Positions 10,116-19,899 are shown, counted from the first letter of the stretch. The stretch is 20,000 bases of DNA from Novakomyces olei (GCA_016906335.1 JADEYG010000003.1:1718138-1738137); one strand, 5' to 3'. The notes: generated by a model from the sequence alone, not told the origin. Translations and numbers: made by a program.

Positions 10116-11129
10116 ATGTCGGCAGCGGATTTTGAGCAGTTGAATAGGTTTCTTGAGCAAACCACAGCGCGTTTGGAACGGCTGGAGAAAGAGAACCGCA
10201 CTCTCGCTGACCAACTCGGTATCGCTAAGGGAACCGTGCAGGAACGAGGGTCGAAGGAGCCTAAAATGGCACCACCACCATTCTTTTCCGGCGAACGCTC
10301 GAAAACTGGTGAATTTTTGACCTGCGTGAGGATGATTATTGGCAGTCAACCAGATCGCTATCGCTCGGCGCGACAGCAAGTGATGTTTGCGGCGTCTTAC
10401 CTTCGCGGAGCGGCTTTCAGATGGTTTGAGCCTCATGTGAGAAACGAAAATGAAGTTATTCTCGACGATTTTGATTGTTTTTGTGACACGCTCGAGAGGA
10501 TGTTCGGAGACCGGGACGTCAAACGAACAGCAGAGCGAAGTATCCGTCTCTTGAGACAGAGAGGATCTGTATCTCAGTATGCGACTGAGTTTGAAAGATT
10601 GAAATCTTGGCTAACCTGGAACAATGATGCATTAGTTGCTCAGTTCTACGATGGGTTGAAAGAGAATATCAAAGATGAGTTGTCAAGGAGAGAAATGCCT
10701 GAACTTTTGGGCACCTTGATTGATGAATATGTGAAGATCGATGGCCGTTTGTTCGAGAGAAACAAGGCTAGACAGCGATTTAGTTACAGTGAAAGGGAGT
10801 ATGCAAGACCTCTGCATTGTGGAAGTACACCGATGGAGATTGACAATCTGATGACAAGACGGATTGATGACGAAGAGACAAGCGTTAATTATGACGCTAC
10901 CAAACGCCGATACTCGCGCCCGCAACAAACTGATACAAGAAACTATGGCGCTAAGTATGGCGCTATGGAGCGCAGTTCAAAGCCAAACCAGAGCAAGGAC
11001 GTTACCTGCTATCGGTGCTACGAGAAGGGACATGTGTCCAAGAATTGCCAAGCGCCTTTTCCAAAGCAGTCGTTTACGAATGGAAATGTGCCAAGCAAGA
11101 AAGTACATGATTTAAAAGATCGGACCTAG
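10116..11129 (+). CDS. gag: E2 Gag (capsid plus CCHC zinc knuckle)
   Basis: EPKMAPPPFFSGER, FAASYLRGAAFRWF, PMEID, CYRCYEKGHVSKNC; clearly homologous to E1 Gag. Confidence 0.96.
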   Translation: MSAADFEQLNRFLEQTTARLERLEKENRTLADQLGIAKGTVQERGSKEPKMAPPPFFSGERSKTGEFLTCVRMIIGSQPDRYRSARQQVMFAASYLRGAAFRWFEPHVRNENEVILDDFDCFCDTLERMFGDRDVKRTAERSIRLLRQRGSVSQYATEFERLKSWLTWNNDALVAQFYDGLKENIKDELSRREMPELLGTLIDEYVKIDGRLFERNKARQRFSYSEREYARPLHCGSTPMEIDNLMTRRIDDEETSVNYDATKRRYSRPQQTDTRNYGAKYGAMERSSKPNQSKDVTCYRCYEKGHVSKNCQAPFPKQSFTNGNVPSKKVHDLKDRT

Positions 11130-11152
11130 AGACCGAGGTGGTGTCGCTAGGT
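11111..11152 (+). promoter_or_regulatory. E2 -1 ribosomal frameshift signal (U_UUA_AAA, 6-nt spacer, hairpin)
   Basis: Heptamer is in X_XXY_YYZ phase with gag; the pol frame opens immediately after TGA 11108-11110; stem ACCTAG-A-GAC/GTC-G-CTAGGT at 11124-11152. Confidence 0.8.
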
Positions 11153-14100
11153 GGTATTGAGCGAAAGCCACCAGATAAGAAACTGTCAAGCGGAAAGCTT
11201 GAAGTGTTATGCAAATTTGAAGAAAAGGAATTGCACGCTTTGCTAGATAGCGGTGCAGACGCAAATTTTATACATCCAAGAGTGATATGGCGTCTAAAGA
11301 TTGAGACAAAGAGACTAGAGAGTCCTATTTTTGTGAAAGTAGCCGATGGCCGAGCAATGGCATCTGGTCTAGTACGAAGAACGACCAAGGATATACCTAT
11401 TGAAGTGCAAGGTATTAGGTCGACTGAGATTTTTTATGTGGCGCAAATTGGACACCATGATGCGATCTTAGGTATCCCATGGTTGACCAAGAACAATCCC
11501 AATATTGATTGGATTACAGGACGCCTGACGTTACGACAGCCTACGCTGGAATCTATTGAACTTAACAGTATAAACGAGATTATTCAAGACAGCGAGGATG
11601 ACTGTCAGATTGGAAACGAGAAAATTGAATTGCCTCCAGAATATGAGGAGTTCAGAGATGTTTATGAAGAACCAAAGAACGACGTGCTACCACCGCATCG
11701 ATCGTACGACCACGAGATTGAACTACTGAAGGACGCAAAAATACCTTTTGGTCCCGTTTACAGTGTTAATCAGAAAGAACAAGAATACCTACGCGAGTAC
11801 TTAAATGAGAACCTCGCGAAGGGATTTATTAAACGCTCTAAGTCACCGGCAGGAGCACCAGTGCTATTTGTGCCGAAGAAGAATGGAGAATTGAGATTAT
11901 GTGTCGACTATCGGGGACTGAATAATATTACTATCAAAAACAAGTATCCAATTCCCCGGATTGACGATTTGATCGACAAGCTAGCCGGAGCCAAGATCAT
12001 GACAAAGATCGACTTGAGAGGTGCCTACAACTTGATAAGAATCAAAAAAGGTGATGAATGGAAAACAGCCTTTAGGACAAGATATGGCCACTTCGAATAT
12101 CGCGTCATGCCCTTTGGACTGACGAACGCACCCGCGACATTTCAAGCTCTCATGAACGATGTGTTTAGAGACTTGCTTGATTACAAAGTTTTAGTATATC
12201 TTGATGATATTCTAATATTTTCAAAGGACAAAGAAACGCACGTGAAAGATGTTCAGGAAGTACTACGACGCCTAAGAGCCAACCAGTTGTATGCAAAAGG
12301 CGAAAAATGCGAGTTTCATCGCACCAAAGTTGAATTTCTCGGCTTTATATTATCTACAGATGGAATATCAATGTGTGAAGAGAAACGAGATCCCATTCTG
12401 ACTTGGGAAAGACCAAAATCAGTCCACGATGTTCAAGTGTTTCTTGGATTTTGCAATTATTACCGAAGGTTTATCAAAGACTTTGCAAAGCTAGCGCTGC
12501 CGCTAACGCAGGCGCTACGAAAGAATAAAACATTCGAATGGACTGAAAGGCAACAAGGAAGTTTCGATGACTTAAAGAGTTGTTTTAAGAAAGACGTTAT
12601 GTTGCGACATTATGACCCGTCAATGGAATGTATCCTAGAGACAGACGCTTCAGACTTTGCGCTGGGCGCTGCTTTGACGCAAGGACCAGAAGACCACCGT
12701 CGACCTGTGGCATTTATCAGTAGGAAGCTCACACCGGCCGAAGTGAACTACGATATCCACGATAAGGAATTACTCGCAATTGTTTGGGCATTCAAAACCT
12801 GGAGACATTACCTCCAAGGTCACCCAAACCCAATAGTTGTCTACACGGATCATCGAAACCTACAAACATTCAGAACTACAAAGCAATTGTCTCGAAGACA
12901 AGCAAGATGGTCTGAGATTCTGGCCGAATACGATTTTATTATAAGTTACCGAAAAGGAGCTGCTAATGGAGCCGCTGATGCCCTTAGTCGATGCTCCTCT
13001 CTAAACGATTTAAAGACTAATACATACGAACAAGAGCAAAACAGGATATTGCTCCCCGATGAGAAATTTACAGATACAAATTTGGAATTGAATGCGGCTG
13101 AGACGTTGGCCAACCAATTGCCAGAAGGAGTTTTAAAGGACTTTGTACCAGAAGAAAACAGAAAGGAAGTCCTGGCCAACGCACACGATCACCCGCTAGC
13201 TGGGCATTTTGGTGTAGCTAAGACTTTGGCTCTTGTGCAAAGACACTATACTTGGCCTGGAGTTGTCAGAGACGTTACTGACTACGTGAAAGCTTGTACT
13301 ACTTGCAAAAGAAACAAAGTGAGTCGCCAAAAGAAAACAGGATTGTTGAACCCTTTGCCTACTGCCTCACGACCATGGATTTCTGTGTCGCTCGATTTTA
13401 TTGTCAAATTACCAGAGTCCCAAGGGTACGACAGTATTCTTGTTGTGGTGGATCGATTCTCAAAAATGGTTCATCTTATCGCCTGCAAGGAAACAATTGA
13501 CGCAAAAAGTTTGGCTAATTTGTTTCTTCGTGAAATTGTTCGACTACACGGTCTACCAGACGAAATTATATCAGACCGCGATCCAAGATTCGTCAGTAAA
13601 TTTTGGACCTGCCTTACAGCGCAACTTGGCATAAAATTACACAAGTCTACGAGTCATCATCCACAGTCAGATGGACAAACAGAAAGGATGAATCAGACTT
13701 TGGAACAGTATTTGAGATGCTACTTGAATTATTTACAAAACAACTGGATTCATTTGTTACCATTTGCCGAAATCGCAATGAACAACTCTACGAGTGCAAC
13801 TACGAAAGCCTCGGCTTATTTTACAAACTATGGATTTCAACCACGTTTTACGCTGACTCCTACAATATCGGAGAATCCCTCAGCGAACAGTGTCGTTCAG
13901 GACTGGAACGAACATTTTAAAAGAATTATGGAAATGATTACGAAAAACTCTGAAAACATGAAACGTTTTTACGACCGCAGAGTACGTCAGGGACCACAGT
14001 ATCAATCTGGAGATTTAGTATGGATACGCAAGAAACACATCAGAAGCGATCGCCCCAGTGATAAATTTGATCACACTCATATAGGACCATTCAAAGTTCT

Positions 14101-14458
14101 CGAATCCGTTGGACGATCGGCTTACCGCATCGAATTACCGCACCACATAAAGATTCACAATGTGCTTAACGAGACTTTACTTGAGCCCTTTGTACCGGAC
14201 CGATTCAACCGTGATCCAACTGATCAGATCGTACCAGATGTCCTACAAGAAGTTAATGAATACGAAGTGGACTATATTGTTGATCACAAAGGAAGAGGCA
14301 AGAATATCCGTTACCTGGTTCACTGGAAAAACTACCCAGTGGAAGACCGAACATGGGAGCCATACACAAACCTCTCACAAGCACAAGGTGCTGTGTCCGA
14401 CTATCATTCGCGACTTACCGATAGCGTTAACACTCGCGCTACAGAGCGCCATATATAA
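11138..14458 (+). CDS. pol: E2 Pol polyprotein (PR, RT, RNase H, IN, chromodomain); the frame is open from 11111
   Basis: LLDSGA; YLDD; ETDASD; HHCC; DDE; GPF; chromodomain EYEVDYIVDHK...YLVHWKNYPVEDRTWEPYTNL. Confidence 0.98.
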   Translation: MVSLGGIERKPPDKKLSSGKLEVLCKFEEKELHALLDSGADANFIHPRVIWRLKIETKRLESPIFVKVADGRAMASGLVRRTTKDIPIEVQGIRSTEIFYVAQIGHHDAILGIPWLTKNNPNIDWITGRLTLRQPTLESIELNSINEIIQDSEDDCQIGNEKIELPPEYEEFRDVYEEPKNDVLPPHRSYDHEIELLKDAKIPFGPVYSVNQKEQEYLREYLNENLAKGFIKRSKSPAGAPVLFVPKKNGELRLCVDYRGLNNITIKNKYPIPRIDDLIDKLAGAKIMTKIDLRGAYNLIRIKKGDEWKTAFRTRYGHFEYRVMPFGLTNAPATFQALMNDVFRDLLDYKVLVYLDDILIFSKDKETHVKDVQEVLRRLRANQLYAKGEKCEFHRTKVEFLGFILSTDGISMCEEKRDPILTWERPKSVHDVQVFLGFCNYYRRFIKDFAKLALPLTQALRKNKTFEWTERQQGSFDDLKSCFKKDVMLRHYDPSMECILETDASDFALGAALTQGPEDHRRPVAFISRKLTPAEVNYDIHDKELLAIVWAFKTWRHYLQGHPNPIVVYTDHRNLQTFRTTKQLSRRQARWSEILAEYDFIISYRKGAANGAADALSRCSSLNDLKTNTYEQEQNRILLPDEKFTDTNLELNAAETLANQLPEGVLKDFVPEENRKEVLANAHDHPLAGHFGVAKTLALVQRHYTWPGVVRDVTDYVKACTTCKRNKVSRQKKTGLLNPLPTASRPWISVSLDFIVKLPESQGYDSILVVVDRFSKMVHLIACKETIDAKSLANLFLREIVRLHGLPDEIISDRDPRFVSKFWTCLTAQLGIKLHKSTSHHPQSDGQTERMNQTLEQYLRCYLNYLQNNWIHLLPFAEIAMNNSTSATTKASAYFTNYGFQPRFTLTPTISENPSANSVVQDWNEHFKRIMEMITKNSENMKRFYDRRVRQGPQYQSGDLVWIRKKHIRSDRPSDKFDHTHIGPFKVLESVGRSAYRIELPHHIKIHNVLNETLLEPFVPDRFNRDPTDQIVPDVLQEVNEYEVDYIVDHKGRGKNIRYLVHWKNYPVEDRTWEPYTNLSQAQGAVSDYHSRLTDSVNTRATERHI

Positions 14459-14746
14459 CGCCCACTATTCTATTATTTTATTATTATTCTTATCCGCACT
14501 ATTATTACTATTATTCTTATTATCTCTTATTATGAGGATTATCATTTATTATGGAATTACTTAAATTCTTCTTACTATATGTTAGCGAAAATATACACAG
14601 CTTATATTTCGTTATAACAGATTTAATATATTATTAACTATGGTGCTTGCAACATTACTTATTGTCCTTATCCTCTGGGCGGGATCTTCGTTAAAAATAT
14701 TTTCACGGCGCTACACACACGGTTACAGAACCCAATATCTAACGCG

Positions 14747-15748
14747 ATGACGGAGCTCACGCGTCCGAGAGAGGAGAGTGGCGAAGAGCCCAGTGGTCGG
14801 AAGCGCAGACAGCGCAACGGAGGTTCCTTTAGATGCGAAGTGTGCGATCAGCCCTTCTACTTCGCAAAGGATTTGAGAAAACACGAACGGTTGTTCCATT
14901 CGATCAACCTTACGGAAATCATCAATGGGTGGAAGAAGAATGCAGATCTGGCTGTCAACTACGATATCGGTTTATTGGCTTTAAAACGCGCTTTCGAATC
15001 TCCGCATCAACTAATCGAAGTGGAGAAACAGGACCCGAAATTAACTATAGATCAGATCAATGAAGTGCTTCTGAAGGAGAGACAGTGTATTCTAATGAAA
15101 ACTTATGCACGAACGGCCGATCCAGATCTGACAGTGACAAACTTTGTGACTAGCCTTATCGACAGTACAAAGGAGAAGATTGCTATCTACAACATCAGTG
15201 GCGGAAACGAGCTTGTTCGGCCAGACAAGAGGCATGTTGGAATCTCGGATTTTTGGCTACACGCGATAACGCCCGCGTCTACCATCACCGACGTGCATGT
15301 GGACAACGTATTGCTCGGGCATACAATTTATTGTTTATCCGGGAAAAAGCTATTGCTTCTGTGGCCTGGTTCTGACTACAATCTGACACAGTTTGCCCCA
15401 TACCATCGGGTAGGTGGAGATTTATACCTACCAAAGGCTATCAAGGAATTGCGCGATTTGAAATTGGCTATATTGGAGACGGGGGATTTTGTCATACTTC
15501 CGGCGGGGTCACTTCATGCGGTGATCACCATTGAGACCTCGGTGATTACCGGTTATATGTTTGTGGACAAGTGCGCCGATTGGCAAAGACTAGCGTTTTG
15601 GGACGCGAAAGCTGCTCGCGATGATGATGCGGTGGCCGCAGTTTTTACGGAGCACCAGGAGGCCTTGGAGCTGCTATCCTCGTGCAACCTGCTCACCCCA
15701 AATATCGAAGAAAAGGTCAAGGCAGGAATTGAATATCTCGAGTCTTGA
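14747..15748 (+). CDS. E2 ORF3: NLS + C2H2 zinc finger + JmjC-domain 2OG/Fe(II) dioxygenase (putative histone demethylase)
   Basis: RKRRQR; FRCEVCDQPF...LRKHERLFH (C30, C33, H46, H51); T181-D-V-H184-V-D186, GKK201LLLLWP, GDFVILPAGSLH257AVIT. Confidence 0.9.
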   Translation: MTELTRPREESGEEPSGRKRRQRNGGSFRCEVCDQPFYFAKDLRKHERLFHSINLTEIINGWKKNADLAVNYDIGLLALKRAFESPHQLIEVEKQDPKLTIDQINEVLLKERQCILMKTYARTADPDLTVTNFVTSLIDSTKEKIAIYNISGGNELVRPDKRHVGISDFWLHAITPASTITDVHVDNVLLGHTIYCLSGKKLLLLWPGSDYNLTQFAPYHRVGGDLYLPKAIKELRDLKLAILETGDFVILPAGSLHAVITIETSVITGYMFVDKCADWQRLAFWDAKAARDDDAVAAVFTEHQEALELLSSCNLLTPNIEEKVKAGIEYLES

Positions 15749-15758
15749 GGCGGGGTAG
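15747..15758 (+). other. E2 polypurine tract (GAGGCGGGGTAG), overlapping the ORF3 stop codon
   Basis: Purine-rich run abutting the 3' LTR. Confidence 0.8.
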
Positions 15759-16150
15759 TGTTACGGTGCGCTATATGAGGCGCTAGCTAGCGCTGAAGAT
15801 AGCGCTTTTACATCCTTTAATTTGTTTTGTTTCACTTTATTTTGTGTTACGACTTCTATTTTTAATTAGTTCTATTTATAACTCTTAGCTTCTATTTTTA
15901 GATAGCAACTTAGTTAGTTTAATTAGTTTAGTTTGATTAGTTTCTCGGGCAAAGCCCCACGGAGCGTCATAAGAATGGGACACTCCCCTCTTATGTTCGC
16001 TACGTGTAATCAAATCTTGGTGTGCAATATTTTGGTTTTCTATTACTAGGTTCCCTACTTTCCACGTATCCTCAACAGAGCCAGCGTGAGATCTGGCATA
16101 TTCACCTTATTGCACCTTTACGACTTTTTGGAAGTAAAGCCCCCATAACA
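15759..16150 (+). repeat. E2 3' LTR
   Basis: Direct repeat of 9686-10077. Confidence 0.98.
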
Positions 16151-18125
16151 CACAGTCTCTCAAATCATTTTCCGTTTCAACTATTGGCCCCTTAATCAAA
16201 TCGACCAAATACTTATCCCGATTTGCTCTGTAATCCAGAACTCGTATAATGTCTGTATTTCCCTTCAACTTCTTCTGTAAAGCCGACGTTACAAACGGCA
16301 AGCGAGGCAACAACACTGGCTTGAACATGAGCAAACCTGCTTCTATCAAGTCGCTGTCCAGAAATGCTAAACTTGCCTCCGATAATGACTCTTTCAAGTT
16401 GAGTCCATTGTAAGTAAGGCGGTTATTCCTTCGACGAAATTCTTTTAAATAAATATCAGAATATTTAGTAGCATCTTCACTGGCCAGGAAAATGGACAGT
16501 ATTCTCACATACGCTGTTAAAAGTGGTCCCCTAAGCAATTGAGTGACTTTTTCATCATTGCTCATACTAGCGATGGCTTCTATGGGCATCATCAATCGGC
16601 TGATTTCAGCCTCCAAGAAATCCGCCAAAACTTCGGTTTTTACTCTGTAATAGCTGGAGGGACATGGAACTTCAGATTCTGATTCCAATGTCTCCAATAC
16701 AGAGTAGTCGTCTAAGCTGAAGTCTAGTATTTTATCATATGTTATTCTAAACTCTCTTCTCACACCAAAACTTGACTTTTTTGAAGCCGTGAGGCTTTCA
16801 CAAATCCTCTGCTTTGTGGCAACGTACGCTGAGACGACAGAATTTCGAGACAGTGGCTTTCCAAAGCGACTATTTTCAGCATGGAACTCGCTGAACATGT
16901 CATTTGACATGTATAGAGACTCGAAATGAGGCAGTCCGAACGACCTATGGCCTTTCTTAGGAGTAGTAATAACATCTTTAAAGCTGTTATAAGCTTTCAA
17001 TTGGGCGAGTCCAGTAGACTGCCGTAAAACACATCGGATATTTGTAACTGCGTCCACCGAGCCAGCTTCGCCCAAAAAATAAAAAGGATAATATTGGAAG
17101 CCATAGCGTGATGCAGCTGGCCGTGGGCTCAAGGTAGATGAAAGGAAACCAATCAAAGGATCTTTTTTATACAAAAGAGTAGTCGGCTCATCGGAATCCG
17201 GGACATCTTCAACTCCAATATCAATGAATATGTCTGAGGCCTTAATTTTATTGTCGTTCCCGTCACGACTCCAATTGATCATCTCACTCAACTTTTCATC
17301 AAATCGCATAATAGTATCATAAAGACTCTTCGTCTTGTACGACAACTTTGTGTCGTGAGCTTCACAAATTATAAATGGATCCTTAAATTTGGAGAGGTCG
17401 GGGTCTGTTGAGTCTAACAATTGTAGAATTTCGTTCCACAAACGGTCGAAATAGATGTTTTTGAGATAAGCACCGTTTGGAAAGGCCGACAGTGATCCAG
17501 GCGACTCTTCCCTCGCTACTTTCGACTTGTAAAGGGCTTCCTCAAAGCTTCTGGGCATATGCTGCAGAACATCCCAAGGAAGAACCCTTTTACAAGCCGG
17601 AAGCAATATTTTATTAATCCAAACTGCCATTTCATCGTTGGTTGGGTACACCTCCGTCGATTGTTTAGCCCGCACAGACCCAAAGCAAACCTTGACCCAC
17701 GTTCCTCGAACATTATTCGCGACAGCCAAACGGATAAAGTAGAAATGCTTGTAAGCACTTGGGTTCCGACCCAGCGGCCTGACATGGAGCTGCTGGTTTT
17801 TGACCGACAGAAAGGGGATGTAAAAATGTAAAACTCCATCTTGTTTGAAACTTCCGAGATTGGAACTTCCAATGATAAGACTGTCGATGTCATAAACACG
17901 ACGAATATTAACATCTTCTAAAGAGCCTTTTTCTAAAGTTATCGAGTGTCTTTTGTCCCCATGACAACCGGTAAGCAGCCTTTCCCAATCCACCGCGTCT
18001 TCTCCAAACTCAGAGATACAGGGCTGAAATATTGGCCATTGGGTTTTATCCATAATATTTTTAAGCCAGACAGCATGAAGCTCTATAGGACACTGCCCAA
18101 TTTGGGTGTTAATGTCACTCGTCAC
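16151..18125 (-). pseudogene. 5' part of the 901-aa uncharacterised protein gene; now reads into the E2 LTR and stops at 16107
   Basis: Long intronless ORF; 1975 + 731 nt = 2706 nt = 901 aa + stop after removing E2 and one TSD copy. Motifs VYDIDS, FIDIGVE, KAYNSFK, FGVRREFRI. Confidence 0.9.
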
Positions 18126-18157
18126 ATTGTACTGAATACCCTAGATATATTCAAACC

Positions 18158-18490
18158 GGAATTATGGCGAAATTCCATTTTTATGTAATGTGATTCTTAT
18201 TATGTATAATTCTAGTCAGGGTTTTCGCTTTTCCTTTACGCCATAATTCCATTTCGAAAAATAATTAATGTATGAGGGGGGGGTCATGCCAATTTCCTTA
18301 GCATTCCCGCGAATTATGGCGTAATTCTAATAAGAATGGTAGGAGAAACGTGGAGGCAGGGTTTTTTAGGGAGAATTTTCCGACTAAATTCCAAATTATA
18401 ATATGGGAAATTGCGCGGGAATGCTAAGGAAATTGGCATAAACGGGGGTAAGAACGACGTAAGAGCAAAAATAGTTTCCGCCTTAATTCC
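18158..18490. repeat. Inverted-repeat cluster upstream of the 901-aa gene
   Basis: Perfect 26-bp IR at 18286-18311 / 18414-18439; (G)GAATTATGGCG motif at 18158(+), 18239-18250(-), 18311(+), and a 1-mismatch copy at 18479-18490(-). Confidence 0.9.
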
Positions 18491-18508
18491 AAAACATTGG
18501 CAAACCAT

Positions 18509-18864
18509 ATTGCGGCGAGGGTAGGGTTGCTGAATTTATAAAATATAATTATTATACAAGATGGTCTACACATATTATAGCTATCTGATAATATAATAAA
18601 AATATTATAGAGAGAGCCCCATAGTAATAAAGTATAATAAGAAAAACGTCAGAAAAATAAGAAAAATTAAGAGTGTGTAGTCCATGTGTAGAGGTGACAA
18701 AACGTCGAATGAACAAGTGTTTTTACAAAAAGTGTATGGTTGGATAGAGGGGTGCAGTAGGAGTGTAAATATATACTTGTTTACAAGATTGGATTAGTAA
18801 TTATGGAGATATATGGGTTTAAAGATTTATAAAAAGCTCATGACGGCGCAGGATGCATTTTATG
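18509..18864 (+). repeat. Subtelomeric ~355-bp repeat, copy R2
   Basis: Direct repeat of 6487-6843. Confidence 0.93.
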
Positions 18865-18869
18865 TGGCA

Positions 18870-19690
18870 TTATAATAATGTATAGTAGAATAATTTATTG
18901 TAAAGCAATGTATGTATAATAATGTATAGTATAATAATGTATGGTAATTTAATGTATAGGAATAATGTATGTATAATAATGTATGGTATAATAATGTATG
19001 GTATAATAATATATGGTAGAATAATGTATTGTAAAGTTATTGTAAAGTAATGTATGTATAATAATGTATGGTAGAATAATGTATTGTAAAGTTATTGTAA
19101 AGTAATGTATGTATAATAATGTATGGAGGAATATATAGGAATAATGTATGTATAATAATGTATGGTATAATAATGTATGGTATAATAATATATGGTAGAA
19201 TAATGTATTGTAAAGTTATTGTAAAGTAATGTATGTATAATAATGTATGGAGGAATAATGTATGGAGGAATAATGTATGTATAATAATGTGTGGTATAAT
19301 AATATATGGTAAAATAATGTATTGTAAAGTGAATAATGTATGTATAATAATGTATGGTATAATAATGTATTGTAAAGTAAAGTATGTATAATAATGTATG
19401 GTAAATAATATATGGTAGAATAATGTATTGTAAAGTTATTGTAAAGTAATGTATGTATAATAATATATGGTAGAATCATATGGTATAATAATATATGGCA
19501 TTATAATGTATGGTATAATAATATATGGTGGAATAATGTATGGAGGAATAATGTATGTATAATAATGTATGGTATAATAATATATGGGGGATTAATGTAT
19601 GGGAATAATGTATGGGGAATTAATGTATGGGGGATTAATGTATGGAGAATAATGTGTATGGGGGAATAATGTATGGGGGAATAATGTACG
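18870..19690 (+). repeat. Telomere-associated C-poor satellite (ATAATAATGTATGGT family)
   Basis: Almost no C on the + strand; includes a >100-bp exact duplication with a period of about 179 (18957 vs 19136). Confidence 0.9.
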
Positions 19691-19899
19691 GTGATATTTA
19701 TTTAGGGTTAGGGTTATTTATGATCGAATGGAGTAGAGAATTATATTGAGATTGTTGGATATGAAAGGGAGGGAGAGAGTTGGAGTTGAGATAGGAAGTA
19801 AAGGGAAATAGAAAATGGGAATAGAGTAATGTAGAAGTTGCCAAAAAAATGTTTGATAAAGGACAGTTATTGAAAGGAAGATTGTTTTAATATTATGTC

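Larger units (their letters stand above)
9686..16150 (+). mobile_element. E2: full-length Ty3/gypsy chromovirus LTR retrotransposon with an extra ORF, 6465 bp
   Basis: Two 392-bp LTRs (TGTTA...TAACA), TSD CACAG at 9681-9685 and 16151-16155, intact gag, pol and ORF3, PBS and PPT. Confidence 0.98.

Noticed and set aside
14747-15748. ORF3 as an env gene or as a separately inserted element
   Set aside because: No signal peptide or transmembrane segment; it has an NLS, zinc finger and JmjC motifs, and no flanking TIR, TSD or poly(A) of its own
16107-18125. 672-aa ORF as a complete gene, or as a telomere-linked RecQ/Y' helicase
   Set aside because: Its last 14 codons derive from the E2 LTR and the true C-terminus is at 8950-9680; no Walker A or DExH motif seen
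6487-18864. R1/R2 as LTRs of a larger retroelement
   Set aside because: No TG...CA ends, PBS, PPT or TSD found, and no RT apart from nested E2
18870-19690. CRISPR-like repeat array
   Set aside because: Degenerate tandem satellite without unique spacers; eukaryotic context and no cas genes
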